This document shows, one piece after another, positions 37,501 through 43,410 of a stretch of DNA of 50,003 bases. The DNA comes from Candidatus Omnitrophota bacterium (GTDB lineage: Bacteria > Omnitrophota > Gorgyraeia > Aquiviventales > Aquiviventaceae): NCBI GenBank assembly GCA_023247195.1, contig JAHFGY010000004.1:1-50003 (forward strand), read 5' to 3'. The position numbers and the translations under genes are program-made. Within the stretch, counting starts at the first letter, position 1; each line of letters starts with the position of its first letter. The notes beneath the pieces are model-generated. The model searched no databases. It had not been told where the DNA came from and worked only from the letters and a program-made list of their open reading frames with translations.

Positions 37501-40500
37501 CGGCCTACGGAACCCTTTTAGCCGTCTATCCTGTTGATCCAACAACGGGGATAGTGCAGAGCAACCAAAGGATCCGTGCCTACGCCTGGGTTGAGGATGA
37601 GCTGCGGGCATTGGCCGGAGGGATTGTTCCATACGAAGAACAGTTTCCTACCCCCTCACCGGAGTTCTCATCGGATGAGGCTCAGTCAAAAGAAGGGGAT
37701 CACCCCGATGAAGCAGTCTCGCTTCCTGAGCCGCGGGAGGGAGACGCGGTCCGCGCAGAGCGAGGAGGTGTTTGGAGAAACACGACTATTCTTCGCATTG
37801 TCCCGGGGAAGTATATATTTGTTTCATGGAGAAATGTCGAACTCGGCATACCGTGGGAGAAAATTCAAACCCATCTTCAAAGAGCGGACGGAAGCCCGCT
37901 TATGCAATCTGAGGAAAGCAGTCCCGAGACGGATTCGGCCGCATCGGCTCCTCCGGAAGAAACACTGCTCCTTTCCCAGGTTGCTTTTAGCGATTCATCC
38001 ACCGGAGAAAAAATCGTATCTCTCCTTGCTGATAAGGACATCCGGACAGTCGCGGATCTTCTCGCCCGCGGGGCCGATCCGTTTATTGCCGTTGATGATG
38101 GCTATGCTCTTAACCGGGATGATTGGCAGGAATTGGACCTCGCCCTGGGCTTGCTCGGCGCTCCGATCCTTATGGATCCCGCAGCCACGGCCGATTCAGA
38201 TTCAACCGAGTCTCTTCCCATCCAGGGGCCCCTGCGCAAGTCGCGCGTGATTTACGGACTTTGGAGGCTGCATATTCTCAGCCTGTCCGAACTGGCACAC
38301 CGATTCGATAGGGCGCGCCCTGCCCTGGCCGCATCCCTCAGCCCCGATGAACTGCTCCGCGTTGAAGATTGGCTAACAGAACAAGGCTACGCAATCGTCT
38401 CTGAGCCAGTTGAACCGGCATATCTGCCAAGCCACCAGACATTCTCCACAAGCCGGATCAGAAGAATGATTCAAGCCATTCTGCCTGATTTTCCAGGCGG
38501 CGAATTCACTTACAAGGAATTCTCGGAATTGACGGGGATTGATCCCGCAACGATCAGCACTAACCGCGTCCTTATCGACCAATTGGTCGCCGCAGAAAAT
38601 GCGATCCGTGAGCGAGCCAGCCGGCAAACCATCCGCTTGGGAGAAGATATCCTGCAAAAGATTGAGGGTTTATTGCCTGAGACCCCCGGAGGGGAATATA
38701 CGCTGAAGGACTTGGGCGGGCTGTGGGGGCTATCGCCCCCGACGCTGGCGAAATACAGAGAAGAAATAGACTTGCTGGTGGAACAAGAGAACAACGACCC
38801 CGGAAGAGAAAGCCCCGAGGATGAGATCCAACTCTATGAGCCAGACCCTCTTGTCCGTATTGCGGCGGCATTCAAAGAAGTCCGGGGAGGAACGTACTCG
38901 GCCGAAAAACTGGCAAGAGCCCTTCATACCGCCTTACCAACCTTCAACAAATATGAGGCTGAAATTCTGGCTTTACTCGAGAAAGAGAATGAGTCGCTGA
39001 AGACCCAGGGAAAGCCACAAATTGAATATCGCCCCCGAGCTGTTCTCAAAAGAATCCGGGCTGACTTGCCGAACCTGCCCGGGGGCAACTACTCCATCAA
39101 GAGCTTCTCGGAGGCCATGGTGATAACAAGATCGAGCGTGCCAAAATTTGAGCCTGAAATCCAAGCGATGATCATAGAAGTGAACGCCTTGCGAAAAGAA
39201 CAACAGCGCACAGACTTTATCCACTTATCGGCGCAACCCGCGGTGAATACGTCAGAAATTCTATTCGACGAAATTATACAGAGAATTTCTACAATTCCCG
39301 CCGGCGAATATACCTGGTCAGGTCTTGCTAGGGAATTGAAGGCGGGCAAGGGCTATGTTATTGGAAAACAGAAAAAACTGACGACTGTTATAGCTGCTGA
39401 TAATGTTGCCCGCGAGAAACGCAACGAGGGCCCTATCGTGATAATCGCTCCTGATCGCATGGAGGACCTTGCGGCACGATTACCAAAGGTGCAGGGTAAG
39501 GTATACCAAATGAAGGATTTCGCGGAAGCGGTGGGCATTTCTCAAAGCGTGCTCAATAGGCACAGCACCGAAGTCGATGCGCTCCTGCTCACTGACAACA
39601 TCCGGCGTAAAGCAGCAAACGAGCCGGAAATCGCCCTCTGGGAGCAGGATTCTTTTTTGAAAATCGAGCAGCTAATCCCCTCCCTTGCGGGCGGCTGGTA
39701 CTCATTTGATGATCTAGCGGAACTCGTCCATGCGCATCGAAAAACGCTTGCCAGTTATGCGGATGAGATTGAACGTCTCATGGGTGCCGAGAATCTGAAG
39801 CGTCGCCAAGCCGGGCGCAAGGATTTTATTTTCTTGTTACGAAAACCTGTTTTACCGCGTGTGAGGCAAGTTCTTCCTTGGCTGGACGGAGGGACTTATT
39901 CGTGGGAAGACCTGGCGGCCGCCACAGGGCTGGAAGCCAAGACTCTTTCATATAATTACCGCGACGCAGTCTTGGAGATCATTGCGGCTGAGAATCTGAA
40001 CCGGTCACCGGATAATCAGATCATTTTGCTATCGAAGCAATCTCCTTCTTCCCAAGCGCTCGCGGGACGATTCGACGGAGCCGACCTACGCCAGGCGGAG
40101 CCGATCGAAGACGCTGAAACAACCCAGCTTATCGATGCGGCCGGCGTTATTTCAGAGAACTTCAAAGACGTGCTTGGCGGGGTCGAAGCCGAGCTCCCGG
40201 CGCTCCAGCAGCAGACGGATCAGCAAGAGGAGCCTCTCTCCGGAAAGAAAAAGCTGACGTTTAAGCTCGTGGCTTTCCGGAATGCGGCAGGCGAGATTGA
40301 GGCCCGCGGACCTTACATCCAGCGCACCGGTTCGGTGATCTACTTGAACGCCGGGCGCGCTGACCTGAGCGTAGAAAACAAGCGGAGAGCGCTGAAGCAC
40401 GACATCATCGGTCATGACTGGCAGCTCTTAATGGATACTTTGGGCTACGCATCTCCGGAGAAAATTCCGCATGCCATTGCCGAGGCGTTCGGCCTCTATA

Positions 40501-41366
40501 TGGGCGAGTTTTCGGATATATCTGATACCGAGGAGCGCATTGAACTCGTGCTAGCCATTCTGGAGCAGAGGCTGGGGATGGTTATCCCTGTGAATGGAGA
40601 ACCGGCGTCAATGACAGCCGCTCCTTCTCAGGCTGACTTCTGTCCCTCGCTGCTGCATTCGAGAAACCCCACCCGCGCCCTGCCCCGCCATGAAATTGCG
40701 GATGCGCTTCGGAAGCTGCCCGATATCCAGACTTTGTACATTGAACATGCCAACCCGATTACAGCGACGAGCATCCGGAACAAACTTTTGAACACTGGCT
40801 TAACGCATATCCGGCAGCTGGAAGAGCTGACACCGGAAGAACTCAATGCCCTACTGGGTCGCAGGGCGGATGAAGCTGCAGTGATGGCTATTGAAGCGGC
40901 TCTGCAAAGGCTCGGCAAATCACTCAGCGCCTTCGACTCTATCGACACGTTGAAAATTCCCGGGACCTCGGACCGTCAGCGCACGCGTCTGCTAATCATT
41001 CTCAAATCAAATGGCATCCTGACGATTCCCAAGCTGCTGGAAACGCCCGACGCCAAATTGGAAGGTATTCTTGCGGGGGCTTCAATGATCGGTGAAACAC
41101 CGATTAACTATCTGATGCTGCGGATCCGAGAGCTTAGGGATGCCACCCCGATGAAACCTTCATCCACGCAAGCGGCGATGATTCATGTGGGTGTGAACGC
41201 GACCGGGATACCTTCCTTCAGCGCTGAAGGGCAGTCGGAACTGGATCAACTGCTTGCGCAGATGTGCAGCAGCTTGAACAACACCATGGAAAATCCGACA
41301 GAAGACCTGGAACTGCTGATCAAGAACTGGCAAAGGCAGCGCGAAGAAATCGAATCAAGCGGCTAG
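31428..41366 (+). CDS. Giant (~3,312 aa) mosaic protein of unknown function with signal peptide/anchor, HExxH motif, 13 HTH-like repeats, HAD-like, PRTase-like and alphaCTD-like HhH modules
   Basis: An uninterrupted ORF is open from 31167. I chose the ATG at 31428 because it is followed directly by a signal-peptide-like sequence (MLTTYRRTEFRKFLSVVLAGVVALSNTPLLLAAPSSSS). The region upstream contains promoter elements and RNA hairpins. No Shine-Dalgarno is evident, so the start is uncertain. The stop TAG is at 41364..41366. Confidence 0.85.
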   Translation: MLTTYRRTEFRKFLSVVLAGVVALSNTPLLLAAPSSSSSLLAPSPASQLPGLEVASLLDELDTAYGFPQYQLTSDITSKKTTLALQFDAKGLAAFQQNSRESTGAHLGLTALVLGLARQYAWQNHAFDEVIRTYAQDRQMTAAETQQLLANEDILRLVLTPNAYLEILQQAVVDSGLFQCIVAAPDDTPHDQLTALRRTLADDLRAFFPGATVSDNWYRFAPSPNRSTENEPAMRWSGRGLSPKQHEIVDTVIGDYFSGEQPGPLATELDQQSYEYSYLDPDGILADAGVRILFLEGLLERIREACEAEGEEFPEDLAIHPARQHRTLLLDPTQHEAIARQPIEWRGRLARHELAHIEHPELTEEQIQAVAEWAIGETDPNASMSAVEISRSEDFAAAMRGVPGGSYSNSQLAAAAGIARGTYSRVLASEKIRRIHQENERRKREQTGLAPIILIDVSNEELREQTLRAIDEHVSDIPPGDHFLTDLSSYLHITAMTIHKHEAYILAKIAELNAQKKLRDEPTINIISRGVVWRVQQALPTTKGGSYYWTQLADLWGIGWVSLQNHLKEIEDLLAVENERRKEDPKAVPIEILKAPAAGSVLQSFAEGLPNVDPGIYSLGRLAELAGSSYEVIYQYRDEAAELVSAENIRRSGLVTPIRPIEIRELGDILPRIAAALPGIAPGSYSLTAFAQAVGVSQTSITTNLTEVQNLLAAHNHARSSAAIFLESPVIFERLLHDYAPALQEGLLNEDWLRRAFSAGPAGVSELLSELTDSGTASLCRVLVLVELYPFLFERLYVDMDDTLFTSPLFVGSEAWIRSEYALHGRPISHLKNEKRRIEGWLIHSGVPFQAVEPLVPEKLLQIQQRYPHIQIIGLTARGQEDRSNTESILKQLGLSIEILYGGSSYGKRQQWNQARTAAGRLQTSGTANAQPESESDETDSDEDQSAAQPEDTTSGQNEQARRWWVLLDDGLDRLAKKPQRESWLDEQIAAVGYAPPIRYDWSASRDHMLQDLESGDLISSWRWAMDALALLKYEPDTRRRLETLAQIQALVVEPAFARMQAEQPHPDEVEGIDRLLVGYVEAVTALLAQGPAELAETVGIDWTEYVAYSAFLILMPNNAEDFTNAYMNGLLPIREVSRQSRGLPEANYFIEMTPENIFLFMEPLIRYLRTEKPSLVVLPDTGARPFFDLLNKVIEAEGLPTKLLIFPISRNTASDTLYELKLWMTSQQTRFTRLFQGIDPSGVAGKDVVILDDNITSGETILMLQTLLKDVWGAGTIVGLTPFAYRRGYPFPFIATCVLPAQGFAWRRQNPPVVVITPWENSPTLRGAASRSRFERPPVKLIQSPKNQAAAIERLQQFMGAYGASNRDLTLTLKETAEEPFPFMEIAGSSQSAEPSPSEAERSESIVAIPISNSVELRELGRRLPGWVRTEYALTKEELPHATEPGTMLYEIWDKQTDEPLGLCILLWVWDENNNRNILIRKIQPRIDADDRVDPVQLIEGIRNWLETEPIDLHALLIDANSITMTRVSESHRVRALINDAYASHPRVRDQLTTQGYAHPWIGQANVVFIKRLTPEERARIAEGRALLENISQSRLNRILHPDLLSQFNDASILLNSGLPPSEEDLALLRVLQRHDALLRYAASAEAKRNPEQLERYGTRILYDSLVEASELSGERLSFPEGFFEGDYGRVRAEEAFLYYIQNIWEDGYHLGQLRTADLRQYGLGPALRLHFNNDRGALIEFLCPGGYVQSGKNRYRPNPEQEVTSRMWAHFMAGEWWTIAPGARYTLKANDKAGDRYRGLVASFEVNANHGPIAILRDVAGVEHAIAHQVDQSHVASTSVRLAKYRLFKRKSTAGPLLAALNIHRWLAGHHIQVSAEMQPVTMPSQQVNQLMRWRSVKGVNKLYNPAVSLVPEQDPALGTVLRIYAPQPGKELAEADLVGICFRDSNGVIIYETLAEQLGAVDIDAWIRGLPVTPLARSGNFFRLSQTGQLLAQLPGNRKSRPVSVDSSYANQIVFARLENHAAYGTLLAVYPVDPTTGIVQSNQRIRAYAWVEDELRALAGGIVPYEEQFPTPSPEFSSDEAQSKEGDHPDEAVSLPEPREGDAVRAERGGVWRNTTILRIVPGKYIFVSWRNVELGIPWEKIQTHLQRADGSPLMQSEESSPETDSAASAPPEETLLLSQVAFSDSSTGEKIVSLLADKDIRTVADLLARGADPFIAVDDGYALNRDDWQELDLALGLLGAPILMDPAATADSDSTESLPIQGPLRKSRVIYGLWRLHILSLSELAHRFDRARPALAASLSPDELLRVEDWLTEQGYAIVSEPVEPAYLPSHQTFSTSRIRRMIQAILPDFPGGEFTYKEFSELTGIDPATISTNRVLIDQLVAAENAIRERASRQTIRLGEDILQKIEGLLPETPGGEYTLKDLGGLWGLSPPTLAKYREEIDLLVEQENNDPGRESPEDEIQLYEPDPLVRIAAAFKEVRGGTYSAEKLARALHTALPTFNKYEAEILALLEKENESLKTQGKPQIEYRPRAVLKRIRADLPNLPGGNYSIKSFSEAMVITRSSVPKFEPEIQAMIIEVNALRKEQQRTDFIHLSAQPAVNTSEILFDEIIQRISTIPAGEYTWSGLARELKAGKGYVIGKQKKLTTVIAADNVAREKRNEGPIVIIAPDRMEDLAARLPKVQGKVYQMKDFAEAVGISQSVLNRHSTEVDALLLTDNIRRKAANEPEIALWEQDSFLKIEQLIPSLAGGWYSFDDLAELVHAHRKTLASYADEIERLMGAENLKRRQAGRKDFIFLLRKPVLPRVRQVLPWLDGGTYSWEDLAAATGLEAKTLSYNYRDAVLEIIAAENLNRSPDNQIILLSKQSPSSQALAGRFDGADLRQAEPIEDAETTQLIDAAGVISENFKDVLGGVEAELPALQQQTDQQEEPLSGKKKLTFKLVAFRNAAGEIEARGPYIQRTGSVIYLNAGRADLSVENKRRALKHDIIGHDWQLLMDTLGYASPEKIPHAIAEAFGLYMGEFSDISDTEERIELVLAILEQRLGMVIPVNGEPASMTAAPSQADFCPSLLHSRNPTRALPRHEIADALRKLPDIQTLYIEHANPITATSIRNKLLNTGLTHIRQLEELTPEELNALLGRRADEAAVMAIEAALQRLGKSLSAFDSIDTLKIPGTSDRQRTRLLIILKSNGILTIPKLLETPDAKLEGILAGASMIGETPINYLMLRIRELRDATPMKPSSTQAAMIHVGVNATGIPSFSAEGQSELDQLLAQMCSSLNNTMENPTEDLELLIKNWQRQREEIESSG
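32481..32495 (+). other. HExxH motif (HELAH) within the giant protein
   Basis: The context is WRGRLARHELAHIEHPELTEEQ (ORF aa 439-443). This is a bare motif with no recognised surrounding peptidase fold. Confidence 0.3.
32610..33611 (+). repeat. Array 1: five tandem ~65-aa HTH-like protein repeats (R1-R5)
   Basis: The units contain GVPGGSYSNSQLAAAAGIARGTYSRVL..IHQENERRK; IPPGDHFLTDLSSYLHITAMTIHKHEAYILAKIAELNAQKK; TKGGSYYWTQLADLWGIGWVSLQNHLKEIEDLLAVENERRK; VDPGIYSLGRLAELAGSSYEVIYQYRDEAAELVSAENIRR; and IAPGSYSLTAFAQAVGVSQTSITTNLTEVQNLLAAHNHAR. Confidence 0.8.
33804..34361 (+). other. HAD-superfamily-like module in the giant protein
   Basis: Motif I is YVDMDDTLF (DxDxT, aa 886-890). Motif II is IIGLTARG. 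A Lys is present in YGKRQ. Motif IV-like is WWVLLDDGLD. An acidic Ser/Asp/Glu linker (ESESDETDSDEDQ) is inserted before motif IV. Confidence 0.55.
34950..35291 (+). other. Type-I phosphoribosyltransferase-like module in the giant protein
   Basis: A canonical PRPP-binding loop, GKDVVILDDNITSGETILML (aa 1333-1352, nt 35172..35210 for VVILDDNITSGET), is preceded by LVVLPDTGARPFFDLL (PPi-loop-like). Confidence 0.6.
37983..38402 (+). other. Two RpoA-alphaCTD-like helix-hairpin-helix modules (central)
   Basis: STGEKIVSLLADKDIRTVADLLARG...DDWQELDLALGLLG and SRVIYGLWRLHILSLSELAHRF...LSPDELLRVEDWLTEQGY follow the pattern x-R-x-x-N-x-L-x-x-x-x-I-x-T-hxxL...eL..h...G..s..ei...L...Gh. Confidence 0.4.
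38451..40037 (+). repeat. Array 2: eight tandem ~65-aa HTH-like protein repeats (R6-R13)
   Basis: For example LPDFPGGEFTYKEFSELTGIDPATISTNRVLIDQLVAAENAIRE; LPETPGGEYTLKDLGGLWGLSPPTLAKYREEIDLLVEQEN; EVRGGTYSAEKLARALHTALPTFNKYEAEILALLEKENE; LPNLPGGNYSIKSFSEAMVITRSSVPKFEPEIQAMIIEVNALRK; IPAGEYTWSGLARELKAGKGYVIGKQKKLTTVIAADNVAREKR; VQGKVYQMKDFAEAVGISQSVLNRHSTEVDALLLTDNIRRK; LAGGWYSFDDLAELVHAHRKTLASYADEIERLMGAENLKRR; and LDGGTYSWEDLAAATGLEAKTLSYNYRDAVLEIIAAENLNR. Confidence 0.85.
40674..41141 (+). other. Two RpoA-alphaCTD-like helix-hairpin-helix modules (C-terminal)
   Basis: ITATSIRNKLLNTGLTHIRQLEELTPEELNALLGRRADEAAVMAIEAALQRLGKSL closely parallels the alphaCTD pattern (..svRsaNcLk.agI.tigdLv.kteeeLl.i.nfGkkSl.EIkekL.elGlsL). 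A second copy is LKIPGTSDRQRTRLLIILKSNGILTIPKLLETPDAKLEGILAG. Confidence 0.55.
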
Positions 41367-42440
41367 CGCCGCCAGCGCCGCAGAATGCACTTCCTCAACG
41401 GAAAGCTCGGTCAGGCACTTAAAGGCGATGTCGCAGTTGTGCGCCAGGCAGACCTCGCAGCCCACCTCTTTATGCAGGATCACATGCCCCTGCCCCACCG
41501 GACCCCAGCGCTTGGGCGATAGCCCGGCTTGGTTTCGGCCGAAGATAACCACTACTTTTGTTCCGACCGCGGCGGCCAAGTGAACCGGGCCGGAATCATT
41601 TGAGATCAAGAGCTTGGCGCGCGCAAGAACCGCGATGAGTTCGGCGATCGAAAGCTGTCCGGCCAGGTTGACCGACGGCGAGCGCATAGCGCGGGCAACC
41701 GCGTCCGCGTGCGGCTTATCTTCCTTCCCCGCCACGAGAACAATGCGCAGCCCTGGTGCCGCCAGCTTGTCGGCGACCGCGGCGAAGCGCTCAGGCATCC
41801 ATCGTTTCGACACGCAGCTGGCGGACGGGTGCACCGCGACGAAGGTGGCCCCTGCCGGCACACCCGCGGCTTGCAAGCGCTGCGTGACGCGCGCGGCCGC
41901 TTCCGGCTGAACAGCGACGAAAGGCTCCGGCGGCCCCGGCTGCACGCCGAAAACGCGCAGCATTTCCACCGCGTATTCGGACTCGTGCTTCTGGCCTTCC
42001 TGCTTGGTGTGCGGCACGCGGTGCGTCAAAAGCCACGGTTGCTTGCGGTCGTAACCGACGCGGCGCCGAATACCGGCCAGGAATGGGATCCAATGCGCGC
42101 GGTTGCTCGGGTGCAGCACAAGCGCGGTGTCGAAACGGTGAGGCCGCAGGCTCCGCGCGAACGCGACCGTTGCCAGCGGCGAGCGGTGCTTCCCTTCCTT
42201 GTCGTAAGCAAGAACCGCGTTTACGTCCGGGTTCCCGGTGACGACATCGCGGCACGCTTCGCGCACGAGCACGCCGATATAAGACTGCGGCCACGCGCGG
42301 CGCGCGGCGCGCAGCACCGCGGTGGAAAGCGCCACGTCGCCGATGCGGTCGAGCCGCACGACGAGCAAGCGTCGTGGCGCGTCGAGCACCTGTCTGGGCG
42401 GCTCAAGCGGTTTGGCGGATAGACTGTCCGGGCTTTCCAT
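41355..42440 (-). CDS. Glycosyltransferase family 9 (ADP-heptose:LPS heptosyltransferase-like)
   Basis: LLVVRLDRIGDVALSTAVLRAARRAWP N-terminus and C-terminal LLISNDSGPVHLAAAVGTKVVVIFG ... C.xC ... motifs typical of GT9. The 3' end overlaps the giant ORF by 12 nt. A GTG at 42389 is an alternative start. Confidence 0.85.
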   Translation of the reverse strand: MESPDSLSAKPLEPPRQVLDAPRRLLVVRLDRIGDVALSTAVLRAARRAWPQSYIGVLVREACRDVVTGNPDVNAVLAYDKEGKHRSPLATVAFARSLRPHRFDTALVLHPSNRAHWIPFLAGIRRRVGYDRKQPWLLTHRVPHTKQEGQKHESEYAVEMLRVFGVQPGPPEPFVAVQPEAAARVTQRLQAAGVPAGATFVAVHPSASCVSKRWMPERFAAVADKLAAPGLRIVLVAGKEDKPHADAVARAMRSPSVNLAGQLSIAELIAVLARAKLLISNDSGPVHLAAAVGTKVVVIFGRNQAGLSPKRWGPVGQGHVILHKEVGCEVCLAHNCDIAFKCLTELSVEEVHSAALAALAA

Positions 42441-43410
42441 CGATCACTTCCTTAACGGCGCTCATGACCTCATCCGATGAAACATACCGCATGCATTCGT
42501 GGTTGTACCGGCACAAAGGCTGCTCGCATGGCGAACAGAAAAGCCGGCGGCGGATCGCGATGCCGCGCGAGCCCCAGGGGCCGTACTTGCGCGCGTCGGT
42601 TGGGCCGAAGATCGCGACCGTGGGCACGTTCATGAGCGAAGCCATGTGGAGCGACGCGGAATCGTTGGTCACGACCACGCGCATGCGCTGCATGAGCAGA
42701 CCCAGCTGCCGGATGGTCGCAAGCCCCACGCAGCTGTGGCTGGGCACGGTCAAGCGGCTCTGAATCTCGTCGATGATCGATTTTTCATCCGGCTCGCCGG
42801 AGAATACGATCTCCATGCCGAGCTCGCGGTGCAACCGCTCCGCGACCGCGGCGAACGACTCCGGCTGCCAGCGCTTGGTATGGCTGCGCGCGCCCGGACA
42901 CAGCAGCGCGCAAGGCCGGCCAGCCGGCAGATTCCACCGCTTAAGGATGTGCTCCACTTGCTGGCGATCGCGCGGGCCGAAATACAGAACCGGCTCGGTG
43001 AGCTTCGGCACGCGGCGCACCACGTCGGGCGCTTGAGCCTCGAGCTTCCACAGATGGCGGTCATGCATGTGATGCAGCCGTGCGGGCGGCCGGCGGGCAT
43101 ATTGCCACGCACGCCACGGCTTGAGCAAAAAAGGAAACGCGGTGCTTCGCAGATCCACGATCACTTGGGGCCGCCATCCCCACAGCCGCAAAAACAGCCG
43201 CACGCGCGAGCCCGCGTCTTCATGACGATCCATATTGATCAATTGCTGGATGCGCGGATCTTCTTCAAACAAGAGAGCGGCGCGCTCGCCCACGAGCAAC
43301 GCCAGATGCGCCTTGGGGTAAGCCTGGCGCACGCGCGCCACGACCTCGCACACCAAAATGCCGTCGCCGATATTAGAGGGGCCGATCACCAACACCCGGC
43401 GCACGGTCAT
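42403..43410 (-). CDS. Glycosyltransferase family 9 (heptosyltransferase-like)
   Basis: VLVIGPSNIGDGILVCEVV..., VVVTNDSASLHMASLMNVPTVAIFGPTD, CSPCEQPLC. Confidence 0.85.
   Translation of the reverse strand: MTVRRVLVIGPSNIGDGILVCEVVARVRQAYPKAHLALLVGERAALLFEEDPRIQQLINMDRHEDAGSRVRLFLRLWGWRPQVIVDLRSTAFPFLLKPWRAWQYARRPPARLHHMHDRHLWKLEAQAPDVVRRVPKLTEPVLYFGPRDRQQVEHILKRWNLPAGRPCALLCPGARSHTKRWQPESFAAVAERLHRELGMEIVFSGEPDEKSIIDEIQSRLTVPSHSCVGLATIRQLGLLMQRMRVVVTNDSASLHMASLMNVPTVAIFGPTDARKYGPWGSRGIAIRRRLFCSPCEQPLCRYNHECMRYVSSDEVMSAVKEVIDGKPGQSIRQTA

Noticed and set aside
40398-40415. Second possible metallopeptidase motif in the giant protein (KHDIIGHDW).
   Set aside because: The motif is HDxxxH rather than HExxH and has no supporting context, so it is too weak to call. 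I keep only the HELAH at 32481 as a low-confidence motif.
31140-41400. Giant gene as a classical genomic island or mobile element.
   Set aside because: I could find no integrase, transposase, tRNA target or flanking direct or inverted repeats. The 3' end overlaps the neighbouring gene. Only the strand and composition differences suggest foreign origin, so no mobile_element feature is called.
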